Source: Azotosporobacter soli
GTDB taxonomy: Bacteria; Bacillota; Negativicutes; SG130
Length of the DNA: 32,000 nt
Direction of reading: 5' to 3'
Assembly: GCF_030542965.1 (NCBI RefSeq)
Contig: NZ_JAUAOA010000002.1
Coordinates: forward strand, 349,744-381,743
Under the pieces are notes generated by a model. That model had not been told where the DNA came from, made no database searches, and was given only the letters and a program-made list of their open reading frames with translations. The first letter of the stretch is position 1; each line of letters begins with the position of its first letter. Of this stretch, positions 7,785-17,199 are shown one piece after another. Made by a program: the position numbers and the translations under genes.

Positions 7785-8513
7785 CTATCGATTATCCTGC
7801 AGCAATGCATTTACCGCCGCCAGGTCTTCCGGCGTATCGACGCCGATGAATTTTGCCTCGGTCGTCAGCACTTTGATGCGGTAGCCGTTCTCGAGCGCGC
7901 GCAATTGTTCGAGCGATTCGGTCTGTTCGAGCGGCGTCGGCGGCAGTGCAGCATAGCGCAGTAGAAATTCGCGCCGGTACGCATAGACGCCGACGTGTTT
8001 ATAAACAGGTTGCCCTGTCTTGTTCCGCGGGTACGGCAGTACCGAGCGGGAAAAGTACAGAGCGTAGTCATTCTGATCGGTAACGACTTTTACCGCATTC
8101 GGATTATCATATTCGTCTTCCGCCATCCGAGTCTTCATCGTTGCCATATTCAATTGCGGTTCCTTATGAAACGCGTCAGCCAACGCGTCAATAATCTCCG
8201 GCGCCAATAAAGGTTCATCGCCCTGAACATTAATCACGATATCAATGTCGCTGCGTCCTGCCAGCACTTCGGCCAAGCGGTCCGTACCGGTCGGATGATC
8301 GGGCGCAGTCATCACGACTCGTCCGCCAAACTTTTTTACCGCCGCTTCCACCAACGGATGATCGGTCGCGACCAGCACTTCATCCGGCGTATCTGCCAAA
8401 GAAGCTCGCTCGTAGACGTGTTGAATCATCGGTTTGCCGGCGATGTCCGCCAGCGGTTTTCCCGGCAAGCGCGTCGATGCGTAGCGCGCCGGAATCACGC
8501 AAAGAATTTTCAT
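7785..8513 (-). CDS. kdsB: 3-deoxy-manno-octulosonate cytidylyltransferase (CMP-Kdo synthetase) KdsB
   Basis: N-terminus MKILCVIPARYASTRLPGKPL and NVQGDEPL motif. It is 242 aa. Confidence 0.93.
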   Translation of the reverse strand: MKILCVIPARYASTRLPGKPLADIAGKPMIQHVYERASLADTPDEVLVATDHPLVEAAVKKFGGRVVMTAPDHPTGTDRLAEVLAGRSDIDIVINVQGDEPLLAPEIIDALADAFHKEPQLNMATMKTRMAEDEYDNPNAVKVVTDQNDYALYFSRSVLPYPRNKTGQPVYKHVGVYAYRREFLLRYAALPPTPLEQTESLEQLRALENGYRIKVLTTEAKFIGVDTPEDLAAVNALLQDNR

Positions 8514-8515
8514 CT

Positions 8516-9673
8516 TCAGCCTCTTTTCTTATCTTCAGCCATCCGGCCAATCATCGTCATGAATTCTGCATAGCCTTCCATGAAGCGAACCTCAATGCCA
8601 AGCACGTAAACCGGCAGCGGACGCTGCGAGTGGATGAATTCCGCCGGAATCTTAACCGCATCCTTTTCCGTTGTAATTAATGCGGTGGCGCCTTTGTCCA
8701 CAGCCTGCTCCATAATATACTGCATTTCCGCCATCGTATAGACATGATGATCCGGGTAACGGATCGCACAGACTTCCTTCGCTCCGATATCGGTGATCGT
8801 CTGTTCAAAGGAAGACGGATTGCCGATGCCGGAAAAAGCCATCACCGTCTTATCTTTAATCGCAGCCAGGTCGACCGGGTTATTGCGGAAATCACCATAC
8901 CAATCGGCCACTTCGACGAAGCACTTCGGTTTATGTACGCTTTCGACCACCAGCGCCGCCGGATTGTATTGTGTCGCAATTTCTCTAATATGGCCGCGCG
9001 CATCGTCGCTTGACTGATCGACCTTCGTCAGTAAAAACACCTGCGCGCGGTCCAGATTCTCGAGCGGTTCGCGCAACGTGCCGCGCGGCAAAATATAATT
9101 GTTGCCGAATACATTTAACGCGTCAATCAGCACAATGTCCAGATCGCGTTCCAGTTGCCAGTGCTGATACGCATCATCGAGAATGATGACGTCCGCATTA
9201 AAACGCGCCACCGCGTATTCACCGGTCTCGGTGCGGTTACGACCGATAATCACCGGTACGCCCGGCAAACTTTTGGCCAGTAGATACGCTTCGTCGCCCG
9301 CTTCGCTGACTGACATGTAGATCTTGCGCCCGTCCGAAACGACGCCGACATTGCCTTTCCAACCCGCACGATAACCGCGATTCAAAATGACGACGCGATA
9401 GCCGAGGTCACGAATAATCGAAGCCAAACGCTGCGCCGTCGGCGTCTTGCCGGTTCCGCCCACCGTGATATTTCCCAGACTGATCACCTTGCAGGCGAGG
9501 CGATGCCGTTTAAAAAAACCAATCCGATATAAGCACAGCGCCAGGCTTACGCTCCAGGCGTACAATACGGACATGCCATGCAAAATTCCCAGCAGCATTT
9601 TCGCTCCCGGGCCTGTCTGTTCACCATGTACCAATTGATATAGATAATTTTTTATCGCTTCCATCTGGCGCAT
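8516..9673 (-). CDS. lpxK: Tetraacyldisaccharide 4'-kinase LpxK
   Basis: P-loop SLGNITVGGTGKTP after an N-terminal membrane helix. The ILDDAYQH motif is also present. The ORF-track start 9676 is TTG, and the adjacent ATG at 9673 is used. Confidence 0.88.
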   Translation of the reverse strand: MRQMEAIKNYLYQLVHGEQTGPGAKMLLGILHGMSVLYAWSVSLALCLYRIGFFKRHRLACKVISLGNITVGGTGKTPTAQRLASIIRDLGYRVVILNRGYRAGWKGNVGVVSDGRKIYMSVSEAGDEAYLLAKSLPGVPVIIGRNRTETGEYAVARFNADVIILDDAYQHWQLERDLDIVLIDALNVFGNNYILPRGTLREPLENLDRAQVFLLTKVDQSSDDARGHIREIATQYNPAALVVESVHKPKCFVEVADWYGDFRNNPVDLAAIKDKTVMAFSGIGNPSSFEQTITDIGAKEVCAIRYPDHHVYTMAEMQYIMEQAVDKGATALITTEKDAVKIPAEFIHSQRPLPVYVLGIEVRFMEGYAEFMTMIGRMAEDKKRG

Positions 9674-9698
9674 CAAGGTTCCGCCTTTGTTTGTAGAT

Positions 9699-10997
9699 TT
9701 AGGAATTTTTGCCTTCCTTGGCTTCCATTATTTCTTGCAGGTGCTCGACGCTTTTACTCGCCGCGCCGCGGTTTTCGCCGATGATCTTCAGCGTTTCCGC
9801 CGCCATCGTTTCGCGCAGCGCCGAATCCTTCAAAAGTTCGAGCATTCGCTGCGCCAGCTCGCCGCCGTCATAGACGGTGACGCAGGCCTTGCGTCCGGAA
9901 AAGAGCGCATAACTGTCTTTAAAATTAAACATGTGCGGTCCGACAAGAATCGGTTTGCCATGCGCCGCCGGTTCCAGGATATTATGCCCGCCGTGCGAAA
10001 CCAGACTGCCGCCGACATAAACGATTTCACCGAGACTGTATACTTTACCCAACTCTCCGATCGTATCGAGCACGACGACGTCGACAACCCGGTCTTTCGT
10101 CAATACGGTTCGTTTATCCGCGCTAAAACCCATTTCACGCGCCATTTGCACCACTTCACCAGCGCGCATGATATCGCGCGGCGCTAAAATGATTCCGGCA
10201 TGCGGGAATTCTTTTTTCACCTGATAGAAAGCCTTCAGTAGCAGTTCTTCTTCGCCTTTATGGGTGCTGCCCGCCACCACGACCGGTCCGACCGTATCGA
10301 GACCCAACTCCTGTTCCAATGCCAGTTTTTCTTCCGGCAACGCTTCGGTATACGTTTGATCAAATTTTGTATTGCCCGTCACGAATACTTTACGCGGATC
10401 GGCGCCCAGGCGGATGATATATTGCGCATCAATCGTCGACTGCATGCAAAACCGGTCTACCGTATCGAGCATCTGCTGCAGCAAACCGCCCAAATAGCGA
10501 TAGCGTCCGACGCTTCGATCGCTGATTCGGCCATTGACCATCAGCACCGGGATGTTTTGTTGCCGCACACTGTAAAGAAAGTTCGGCCACAATTCCGTCT
10601 CGACCAATAAAAAGGCAGCCGGCAAAATCGCTTTCACCACCCGACGGCTCAGCCACGGCAGATCCAGCGGAAAGAAAACAATACTGTCCGCCGGAACGAT
10701 TCGCTTGGCCATCGCATAGCCGCTGGCCGTGACGACGGAAACAAGAATCGGGCGCGCCGGAAACTGACGGCGTATTTCCTTGACGATCGGACTGGCTGCG
10801 ACGATTTCGCCCACCGATGCCGCATGCAGCCAAATGCATTGTTTACCGGCAACCGGCGTCAAATCCTCCTCCGGCAAAAAACCAAAACTTTGCTTCAAAC
10901 GCCGCCCAAAGCCTGTTTCCCGAAACAACCGGAATAACAAGACCGGGATGGATACGAGCAACAACATGCTGACCAGCAGATTATATAAAATATGCAT
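9699..10997 (-). CDS. waaA: 3-deoxy-D-manno-octulosonic acid transferase WaaA (KdtA)
   Basis: N-terminal anchor, WLHAASVGE motif and a GT-B C-terminal half (GGSLVSHGGHNILEPAAHGKP). It is 432 aa. Confidence 0.9.
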   Translation of the reverse strand: MHILYNLLVSMLLLVSIPVLLFRLFRETGFGRRLKQSFGFLPEEDLTPVAGKQCIWLHAASVGEIVAASPIVKEIRRQFPARPILVSVVTASGYAMAKRIVPADSIVFFPLDLPWLSRRVVKAILPAAFLLVETELWPNFLYSVRQQNIPVLMVNGRISDRSVGRYRYLGGLLQQMLDTVDRFCMQSTIDAQYIIRLGADPRKVFVTGNTKFDQTYTEALPEEKLALEQELGLDTVGPVVVAGSTHKGEEELLLKAFYQVKKEFPHAGIILAPRDIMRAGEVVQMAREMGFSADKRTVLTKDRVVDVVVLDTIGELGKVYSLGEIVYVGGSLVSHGGHNILEPAAHGKPILVGPHMFNFKDSYALFSGRKACVTVYDGGELAQRMLELLKDSALRETMAAETLKIIGENRGAASKSVEHLQEIMEAKEGKNS

Positions 10998-11021
10998 TCT
11001 GTACCTTACCCCGTTATTGTC

Positions 11022-12758
11022 TTATTTTTCTTCGCTCTGCGCTTTAAACTGCACCTGATGCAGATTCGTATAGAGTCCCCCGGCTGCCAACAGTTCCTCG
11101 TGCGTTCCTTTTTCCACCAGTCGCCCTTTTTCCATGACGACGATTTGATCGGCCCGCTGCACCGTAGACAAGCGATGCGCGATGACAAAAGACGTTCGGC
11201 CGATCATTAGTTTATCGAGCGCCTCCTGTACGAGTTTTTCACTTTCCGTATCGAGCGCCGAGGTCGCTTCATCCAAAATCAGAATGCGCGGATTTTTCAA
11301 GATAGCCCGCGCGATCGAAATGCGCTGCCGCTGTCCGCCCGACAACTTAGAGCCGCGTTCGCCAATCTGCGTCTGATAGCCGTCCGTCATTTCACTGATA
11401 AACTCATGCGCATTTGCCGCCTTGGCGGCTGCAATGACTTCCGCTTCCTGCGCATCGAGACGCCCGTATAAGATATTTTCATAGACGGTGCCGTTGAAGA
11501 GCACCGTCTCTTGCGGTACAATGCCAATCTGTTCGCGCAGGGAGGCTACCGTCACGGTACGGATATCAACCCCGTCAATCTTAACACAGCCACCCGTAGG
11601 ATCGTAAAAACGCGGGATCAGATTGACCAGCGTCGTCTTGCCTGCGCCGCTTGGTCCGACAATCGCAACCATTTGCCCTGCCTGTGCCGCCAGATTCAAG
11701 TTACAAATCGCCGCTTCGCCGGTCTGATACGCGAAAGTCAAATCATGAAAGGCTACTTCGCCAATGGCGTCCGGCAGTACGGCTGCATCCGGCGCGTCTT
11801 CAATCTCCGGCTGCGTATCAAGGATGGAAAAAACACGGTCAGCCGCCGCCAACGCGCGTTGAATGTTGCCGTATACTCGGCTCAAACGCTTGATCGGGTT
11901 CGAAAGATTCACGACATAGGTTAAAAACGCAATCATCTCACCGGTCGTCAGACGATTCTCGATCACTTCTTTGCCGCCGTACCAAATAATAATCGTCACG
12001 CCGATCGCAGCGAGAAATTCGATGACCGGCGTTAGCGTCGCCATGATCTGCGAATTTTTCATGTTGGCACGGAAATTATGGTAATTTTCCGTGTTAAAAC
12101 GGCTGATCGCAAAGTCTTCCCGTGCAAACGATTTGATGACCCGGATCGCCGAAATACTTTCCTGCAAAACCGAGGTAATATCGGCAGCCCGCTCCTGCAC
12201 CTTGCGGCTCGAGTTGCGCAGTTTGCCGCCAAACACCTTGATCGCCTGCGCGATCAGCGGCAGTGTAATCAGCGTCAATAGCGACAGCTTCCAATCCAAA
12301 TAAAACATAAAGACCAACGACCCGATTAAGATCGAACCCTCGGTAACCAACTCGATCATGTTGTCGACAATGCCGCCCTGTACCGCAGCCACATCGTTCG
12401 TCACGTAGCTCATCAATTCTCCAGTCTGGCGTTGTTCATAAAAAGACAACGACAAACTTTGCAAGTGACGATATAACTTTTCCCGTAGATCAATAATCAC
12501 TTTTTGACCAATGTAGGACATCAGATAGGTCTGTCCGTAAAAGAAAATGCCGCGAAAGAAAAAGACTACGATAATGCCGATCGCAATCGTATTTAACGTA
12601 CTCATATCCTTACTGACCAAAACCTTGTCAATAACATCCTTCAAAATCCAGGGAACATAGAGATTCGCTCCGGCGGCCATGATGATGCAAACGATGGCAA
12701 CGGCCAAACGCAAATAATACGGTCTAATATATGCCAATAAACGCAGATAGGTTGCCAT
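11022..12758 (-). CDS. msbA: Lipid A / LPS-core flippase, MsbA-type ABC exporter (fused TMD-NBD)
   Basis: Six-TM exporter domain plus an NBD (Walker A GPSGAGKTT, LSGGQRQR, ILILDEATSALD). The MsbA assignment rests on family plus position between lpxB and waaA. Confidence 0.8.
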   Translation of the reverse strand: MATYLRLLAYIRPYYLRLAVAIVCIIMAAGANLYVPWILKDVIDKVLVSKDMSTLNTIAIGIIVVFFFRGIFFYGQTYLMSYIGQKVIIDLREKLYRHLQSLSLSFYEQRQTGELMSYVTNDVAAVQGGIVDNMIELVTEGSILIGSLVFMFYLDWKLSLLTLITLPLIAQAIKVFGGKLRNSSRKVQERAADITSVLQESISAIRVIKSFAREDFAISRFNTENYHNFRANMKNSQIMATLTPVIEFLAAIGVTIIIWYGGKEVIENRLTTGEMIAFLTYVVNLSNPIKRLSRVYGNIQRALAAADRVFSILDTQPEIEDAPDAAVLPDAIGEVAFHDLTFAYQTGEAAICNLNLAAQAGQMVAIVGPSGAGKTTLVNLIPRFYDPTGGCVKIDGVDIRTVTVASLREQIGIVPQETVLFNGTVYENILYGRLDAQEAEVIAAAKAANAHEFISEMTDGYQTQIGERGSKLSGGQRQRISIARAILKNPRILILDEATSALDTESEKLVQEALDKLMIGRTSFVIAHRLSTVQRADQIVVMEKGRLVEKGTHEELLAAGGLYTNLHQVQFKAQSEEK

Positions 12759-12770
12759 ATCGATCCTCCA

Positions 12771-13901
12771 TCAGCGGCCTTCGGCCACTGCTACTATTTC
12801 CTCCGCCACGCGCCTGACGGCGCCCGGTTCGCCCAGCCTACGCCTGACGTCGGCCATATCCTGCGCCAAGCGTTGCCGGTTTTCCGGTTCCAGCATGGCG
12901 CCTATTTCCTGCGCAATAACGGGTCCGCAAACCTGTTCCTGCAATAATTCCGGGATCACTTTGCGCCCGGCCACAATATTAGGCAGACTAATATGGGGAA
13001 TTCGCACCAGGCGTTTCCCCAACCAATACGTGATGGCCGCCATCTTATAGATCACAACACACGGCAAACCAAGCAGCGCCGCTTCCAATGTAACCGTTCC
13101 CGAAGCCGCAACCGCAGCATCGGCCATCTTCATTAAATCATAAGTACGCCCGTCTGTCAAAGTCACGGCAAGACGATGTTCTTGCAATTGTCGTTCAATC
13201 ATGGCGCGCGGAATCGTCGTCGCCACCGGCAAAAAGAAGCGGCAATTCCCGCGTCGCCGCTGCAGCTCTTCGGCGGCTTGCAACATCGACGGCAAAAGCT
13301 TTTCAATTTCCTGCTTGCGGCTGCCGGGCAATAATAAAATAGCCTCTTCCTGATCGCCAACGCCATATGCGGCGCGCAACTCTGCACGACTCTGCTCCGC
13401 TTTTACAATATCAAGCAGCGGATGACCGACAAAGGTCACCTTCGCACCCGCCTTGCGATAAGCCTCCGCTTCAAAAGGAAAAATCGCCGCAACGCGCGAC
13501 GCCACTTCCGCAACTTCTTTCGCTCGACCGGCGCCCCAGGCCCACACCGATGGGCTGATGTAGAAAACAACCGGAATGCCAAGCTTTTTGGCAATCTTCG
13601 CCAAGCGCACGTTAAAACCGGGATAATCGATGACGACCAATACATCCGGTCGCCGTTTCTGCATCGCCTGTTTCAAAAGATCGCGCACGCGAAACAGTTT
13701 CGGCAGATTACGCAGCACTTCTACCAGGCCCATAACGCCAAGCTCCGCGATGTCATATAAAATTTCAACGCCAGCCTGCGCCATCGCGCTTCCGCCCATG
13801 CCGAACAATTCGGCTGTCGGCTGCAGTTCTTTCAGCGCGGCCGCTACGCTGGCGCCATGCAAGTCACCTGACGCTTCACCGACCGAGATCATTATTTTCA
13901 T
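12771..13901 (-). CDS. lpxB: Lipid-A-disaccharide synthase LpxB
   Basis: MKIMISVGEASGDLHGA N-terminus, as in LpxB. The ORF-track start 13910 is GTG and lies within the SD. ATG at 13901 has GAGGTG 6 nt upstream. Confidence 0.9.
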   Translation of the reverse strand: MKIMISVGEASGDLHGASVAAALKELQPTAELFGMGGSAMAQAGVEILYDIAELGVMGLVEVLRNLPKLFRVRDLLKQAMQKRRPDVLVVIDYPGFNVRLAKIAKKLGIPVVFYISPSVWAWGAGRAKEVAEVASRVAAIFPFEAEAYRKAGAKVTFVGHPLLDIVKAEQSRAELRAAYGVGDQEEAILLLPGSRKQEIEKLLPSMLQAAEELQRRRGNCRFFLPVATTIPRAMIERQLQEHRLAVTLTDGRTYDLMKMADAAVAASGTVTLEAALLGLPCVVIYKMAAITYWLGKRLVRIPHISLPNIVAGRKVIPELLQEQVCGPVIAQEIGAMLEPENRQRLAQDMADVRRRLGEPGAVRRVAEEIVAVAEGR

Positions 13902-13931
13902 CGATTTCACCTCTTTTTGTTGGCTGTTAGC

Positions 13932-14004
13932 AGAACGGCTATTGGCTCGTGACTCGGAGCCCGAAGCTCAAAGCCGCCCCGCCCGTCCTGCCATGAGCCG
14001 TTCT
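13932..14004. repeat. GC-rich stem-loop region carrying single-copy versions of the motifs that flank or seed the heptamer tract
   Basis: AGAACGGCT (13932-13940) and AGCCGTTCT (13996-14004) form a perfect 9-bp inverted repeat. An inner hairpin GGCTCG/CGGAGCC spans 13944-13961. The region contains TTGGCTCGTG (13942-13951) and CCATGAGCCGTT (13991-14002), both identical to sequences at 2741-2750 and 2887-2898. Confidence 0.5.
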
Positions 14005-14017
14005 CCCTCTAGAAGAA

Positions 14018-14047
14018 ACAGAAGGCAGGTTTGCAACCTGCCGTCTT
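14018..14047 (-). terminator. Terminator-like hairpin after lpxI
   Basis: The minus strand reads GGCAGGT-tgcaa-ACCTGCC followed by TTCTGTTTCTTCT. The 7-bp stem begins 7 nt after the lpxI stop. Confidence 0.45.
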
Positions 14048-14048
14048 G

Positions 14049-14861
14049 TTATTGCTCATTCATCGCAACAATCGTTATATCATTTTCCGCCGCCAGCCTC
14101 AGTACTGTAGACCGGTCTACCAACAGGGTATGTCCGGCCTCCATTGCCAAGCTCTTAGCGCCCGCTTCGATCATCGCCTTTAGCGTCGCCGGACCGATTG
14201 CCGGTATGTCGAACCGATTGTCCTGCTGAGGCTTCGCCACCTTGACGACCGTCACCTCACCGCGGCCCAGACTACCGCCGCGCCGGATACAGGCATCGGT
14301 TCCTTCAATCGCTTCCACCGCTAAGACTGCCGCGTCCTTGACGACAACAGTCTGTCCGATGTCGAGTCCGCCAATCGCCTTGGCCATACGAAAACCATAA
14401 GTCATATCGGCCCGTTCTACTTTGCTCGGCTGACGCTCGGTCAATACGCCCGCTTCGGGCATCAACGGCTTAAGCAGCGCCGTTTGGTCAAGAACGCCAA
14501 TCCCTTCCATCGCCAGTCGTTTCACAAAGCCCAACATGATCGTATCGTCATTATGATCGGGCAGCAGGGCAAGCAATGCCTGCATCTCCTGATCCAGCGC
14601 CACGCCGCCGGAAAACATCAATTCCTTCGTGACTTTACCCAGCATCGTCACTTGCGTGACCTGGTTCAGCTTCAGATAATCAATAATCTGGCGCAGCTGT
14701 CCGACGCCGATTGCCGCAAACGCATGCGCCGCTTGCGCCAGTTCCGCATCCACGCCCGGCACGACGCCGACCGCAACGACCTTCGCTCCCATCCCCTGCG
14801 CCGCCTTGGTAAATTCAACCGGCAGTCGACCGACTCCGGCCAATAATCCTATGTTTAGCAT
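14049..14861 (-). CDS. lpxI: UDP-2,3-diacylglucosamine diphosphatase LpxI (DUF1009 family)
   Basis: N-terminus MLNIGLLAGVGRLPVEFTKAA and overall pattern recalled from LpxI/DUF1009. It sits between lpxA and lpxB, where lpxI is found in lpxH-lacking organisms. Confidence 0.8.
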   Translation of the reverse strand: MLNIGLLAGVGRLPVEFTKAAQGMGAKVVAVGVVPGVDAELAQAAHAFAAIGVGQLRQIIDYLKLNQVTQVTMLGKVTKELMFSGGVALDQEMQALLALLPDHNDDTIMLGFVKRLAMEGIGVLDQTALLKPLMPEAGVLTERQPSKVERADMTYGFRMAKAIGGLDIGQTVVVKDAAVLAVEAIEGTDACIRRGGSLGRGEVTVVKVAKPQQDNRFDIPAIGPATLKAMIEAGAKSLAMEAGHTLLVDRSTVLRLAAENDITIVAMNEQ

Positions 14862-14873
14862 TCAGCAGTCTCC

Positions 14874-15695
14874 TTATTCTTCACCGTCTCTGCGGCCGCG
14901 ACAAATCCCCCGCTCCGCGTTGCGTAAAAAACGTAAAAAATGTTCCACTTCCTCGCAAGAATCCAGTTCCTGTTCCATCATCGCGATCGCTTCCTGCAGT
15001 CTGAGGCCGGAACGGTACAAAATCCGGTAGGCTTTCTTCATGCTGCGACGCGCCGCCTCATTCATGCCGGAGCGCGACATGCCAACGTTATTCAGTCCAG
15101 CGACTCTTGCCGGACGACCATCAACAATGATAAACGGCGGCACATCTTGAACCACTTTGGACGCTCCGCCAATCATCGCGTTGCGACCAATTTTAACGAA
15201 CTGATGCACGCCGGCCAAACCGCCGATAACCGCGCGGTCTTCCAATACAACATGCCCCGCCAGCGTCGCCGCGTTGGACATGATGACATGGTTGCCGACA
15301 ACGCAATTGTGCGCCACATGCGTATAGGCCATCATCAGGCAGTGAGAACCGATGCGGGTCTCTTCGCCTTCGCCGGTCGCCCGGTTCACGGTGGCGCACT
15401 CTCTAATCTTGGTATGATCGCCGATAAAAACATAGCTCTTTTCGCCGGCGAATTTCAAATCCTGCGGATCCGCGCCAATCGTGGCACCCGGATAGATCAC
15501 ACAATTTTTGCCGATACTGGTCCAGCCTTCGATCACGACATGTGCGCTGATCTTTGTTTCATCACCAATCACGACATTTTCACCAATCACTGCGTACGGT
15601 CCGATTTCAACATCTTTCCCCAAACGGGCGCCCGGATGAATTACTGCCGTCTCATGTATCTTACGCAGAGTTACCACAACCTTTTCCGGTTTCAT
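14874..15695 (-). CDS. lpxA: Acyl-ACP--UDP-N-acetylglucosamine O-acyltransferase LpxA
   Basis: Left-handed beta-helix hexapeptide repeats (IHPGARLG, IGPYAVIG, IGDETKI...) followed by the LpxA helical C-terminal domain (GLNNVGMSRSG). It is 273 aa. Confidence 0.92.
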   Translation of the reverse strand: MKPEKVVVTLRKIHETAVIHPGARLGKDVEIGPYAVIGENVVIGDETKISAHVVIEGWTSIGKNCVIYPGATIGADPQDLKFAGEKSYVFIGDHTKIRECATVNRATGEGEETRIGSHCLMMAYTHVAHNCVVGNHVIMSNAATLAGHVVLEDRAVIGGLAGVHQFVKIGRNAMIGGASKVVQDVPPFIIVDGRPARVAGLNNVGMSRSGMNEAARRSMKKAYRILYRSGLRLQEAIAMMEQELDSCEEVEHFLRFLRNAERGICRGRRDGEE

Positions 15696-15741
15696 CTGCT
15701 CTTCATCTCCTCATACTACATATCTATTCACATCTACCTAT

Positions 15742-15756
15742 TATAGTCCGACTATA
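15742..15756. promoter_or_regulatory. Perfect 15-nt palindrome TATAGTC-C-GACTATA (candidate operator) overlapping a TATAAT on the gene strand
   Basis: Read directly in the AT-rich 154-nt fabZ-lpxA gap. The minus strand reads ...ctatatagtcggacTATAATaggtag. No good -35 is found at 17 nt. Confidence 0.35.
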
Positions 15757-15849
15757 TAGTCTAACTCTGACAAGATAAATTGCGTCAAAAATTCGCTTCT
15801 CATCACAATAACTCTGCTTTTCTTAATTTTAAAGCAACAATCCGCCTAT

Positions 15850-16284
15850 TTACTCTTTTTTTGTCGCCAAAGCGAACAAAAACTCACCTTGGGCAGCCAA
15901 TTGATCTTCTACGAAGGCCTGCGCAAACACTTTTCCGATTGCGCCTTTCAGTTTGGTCACTTCCGCTACCATGCGCACCTGGTCGCCAGGCACGACAGGA
16001 CGACGAAACTTCGCATTATCAATGCCGGCAAACAAAGCCAGTTTGCCGCGATTTTCATCCGGATACAGCATCGCGACGCCGCCAACCTGCGCCATCGCTT
16101 CGAGCAGCAGTACGCCCGGCATGACCGGGTGTCCGGGAAAATGCCCTTGGAAAAATTGTTCATTCGCAGTGACGTTCTTTATGCCAACCGCCCGCTTGAG
16201 CGGTTCCAGTTCAACAATTCGATCCACCAGCAAAAAAGGATAGCGGTGGGGGAGTATTTCTTGAATTTCTGTTACTGACAACAT
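15850..16284 (-). CDS. fabZ: 3-hydroxyacyl-ACP dehydratase FabZ
   Basis: [14 protein letters not shown] and [16 protein letters not shown] motifs. The ORF track extends to 16326 and overlaps lpxC. ATG at 16284 has AGGAG 8 nt upstream and leaves a 22-nt gap to the lpxC stop. Confidence 0.93.
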   Translation of the reverse strand: MLSVTEIQEILPHRYPFLLVDRIVELEPLKRAVGIKNVTANEQFFQGHFPGHPVMPGVLLLEAMAQVGGVAMLYPDENRGKLALFAGIDNAKFRRPVVPGDQVRMVAEVTKLKGAIGKVFAQAFVEDQLAAQGEFLFALATKKE

Positions 16285-16306
16285 TGGCCTCACTCCTGTC
16301 TTTCGT

Positions 16307-17134
16307 TTATTCTTCTTCCTGTTCAATGTCCAGCAATTGCTTAGCCAACGCCGTGTTTAACGCGTGGCTCGACTTGACCGCGATGACATGGCCGCGCACA
16401 ATACCGGCCAGAGCCAGATCTCCGATGACGTCGAGCACCTTGTGGCGCACCAATTCATCGGTAAAGCGCGGTTCATTCACCGAACCGTTTTGATCGTACA
16501 CGACGGCATTTTCCAGACTGCCGCCCAACGCCAGTCCCTGCGCCTGCAGCGCTTCGATCTCATGCAAAAAACCAATCGTCCTTGCCTGCGCAATCTCCGC
16601 GACAAAGCTTTCCGGCGTAATGATGCAGTCAAAATATTGCACACCCAAAAACGGATGCGGATTCACCGAAGTGAAACTAATGCGCAGCCCGTCATAGGGG
16701 AGTATCGCGATAAACTTATCCGCATCGCGCACGATATATTCTTTGGCCACACGGCGCACCAAGCGGCGTTTCTTTTGTTCCCTGCTTCCTGCTCGCTCCA
16801 GCAGCTGCCAGAAAACAATGGCACTGCCGTCGGCAACCGGCGGTTCCGGCGACGAAATATCGACACGGCAATTATCGATGCCGAATACGCGCAGCGCGGC
16901 CAACAAATGTTCTACGGTAAAAACCTTAGCGGTTCCGTCTTCCAGTGTCGTTGCCCGCATCGTATCAGTCACTTGTGCAGCGCCCGCCGCAACGCAGGGC
17001 GCGTTCGACAAATCCGTGCGGCAAAATACGATCCCCGTATCTTCCGGCGCGGGATGCAGTTCAATGGTCACCGGCTGCCCCGAATGCAAGCCAATGCCTG
17101 TATAAGAAATGTGATTCGCTATTGTTTGCTGCAT
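16307..17134 (-). CDS. lpxC: UDP-3-O-acyl-N-acetylglucosamine deacetylase LpxC
   Basis: [17 protein letters not shown]-terminus, TVEHLLAAL, and [12 protein letters not shown] motifs. AGGAGGA SD is present. Confidence 0.93.
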   Translation of the reverse strand: MQQTIANHISYTGIGLHSGQPVTIELHPAPEDTGIVFCRTDLSNAPCVAAGAAQVTDTMRATTLEDGTAKVFTVEHLLAALRVFGIDNCRVDISSPEPPVADGSAIVFWQLLERAGSREQKKRRLVRRVAKEYIVRDADKFIAILPYDGLRISFTSVNPHPFLGVQYFDCIITPESFVAEIAQARTIGFLHEIEALQAQGLALGGSLENAVVYDQNGSVNEPRFTDELVRHKVLDVIGDLALAGIVRGHVIAVKSSHALNTALAKQLLDIEQEEE

Positions 17135-17199
17135 GGGAATCCTCCTGCGGTAGTAACCTTTATCATTCTATACAATTCCCTGCCGCCGCGCAATCTTTT

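Noticed and set aside
15696-15712. Four-codon mini-ORF ATG AAG AGC AGA TGA whose stop overlaps the lpxA ATG (possible leader peptide or coupling)
   Set aside because: Its ATG directly abuts GAGGAG with zero spacing, so that SD cannot serve it. The same SD is more plausibly the somewhat distant lpxA SD. There is no supporting evidence.
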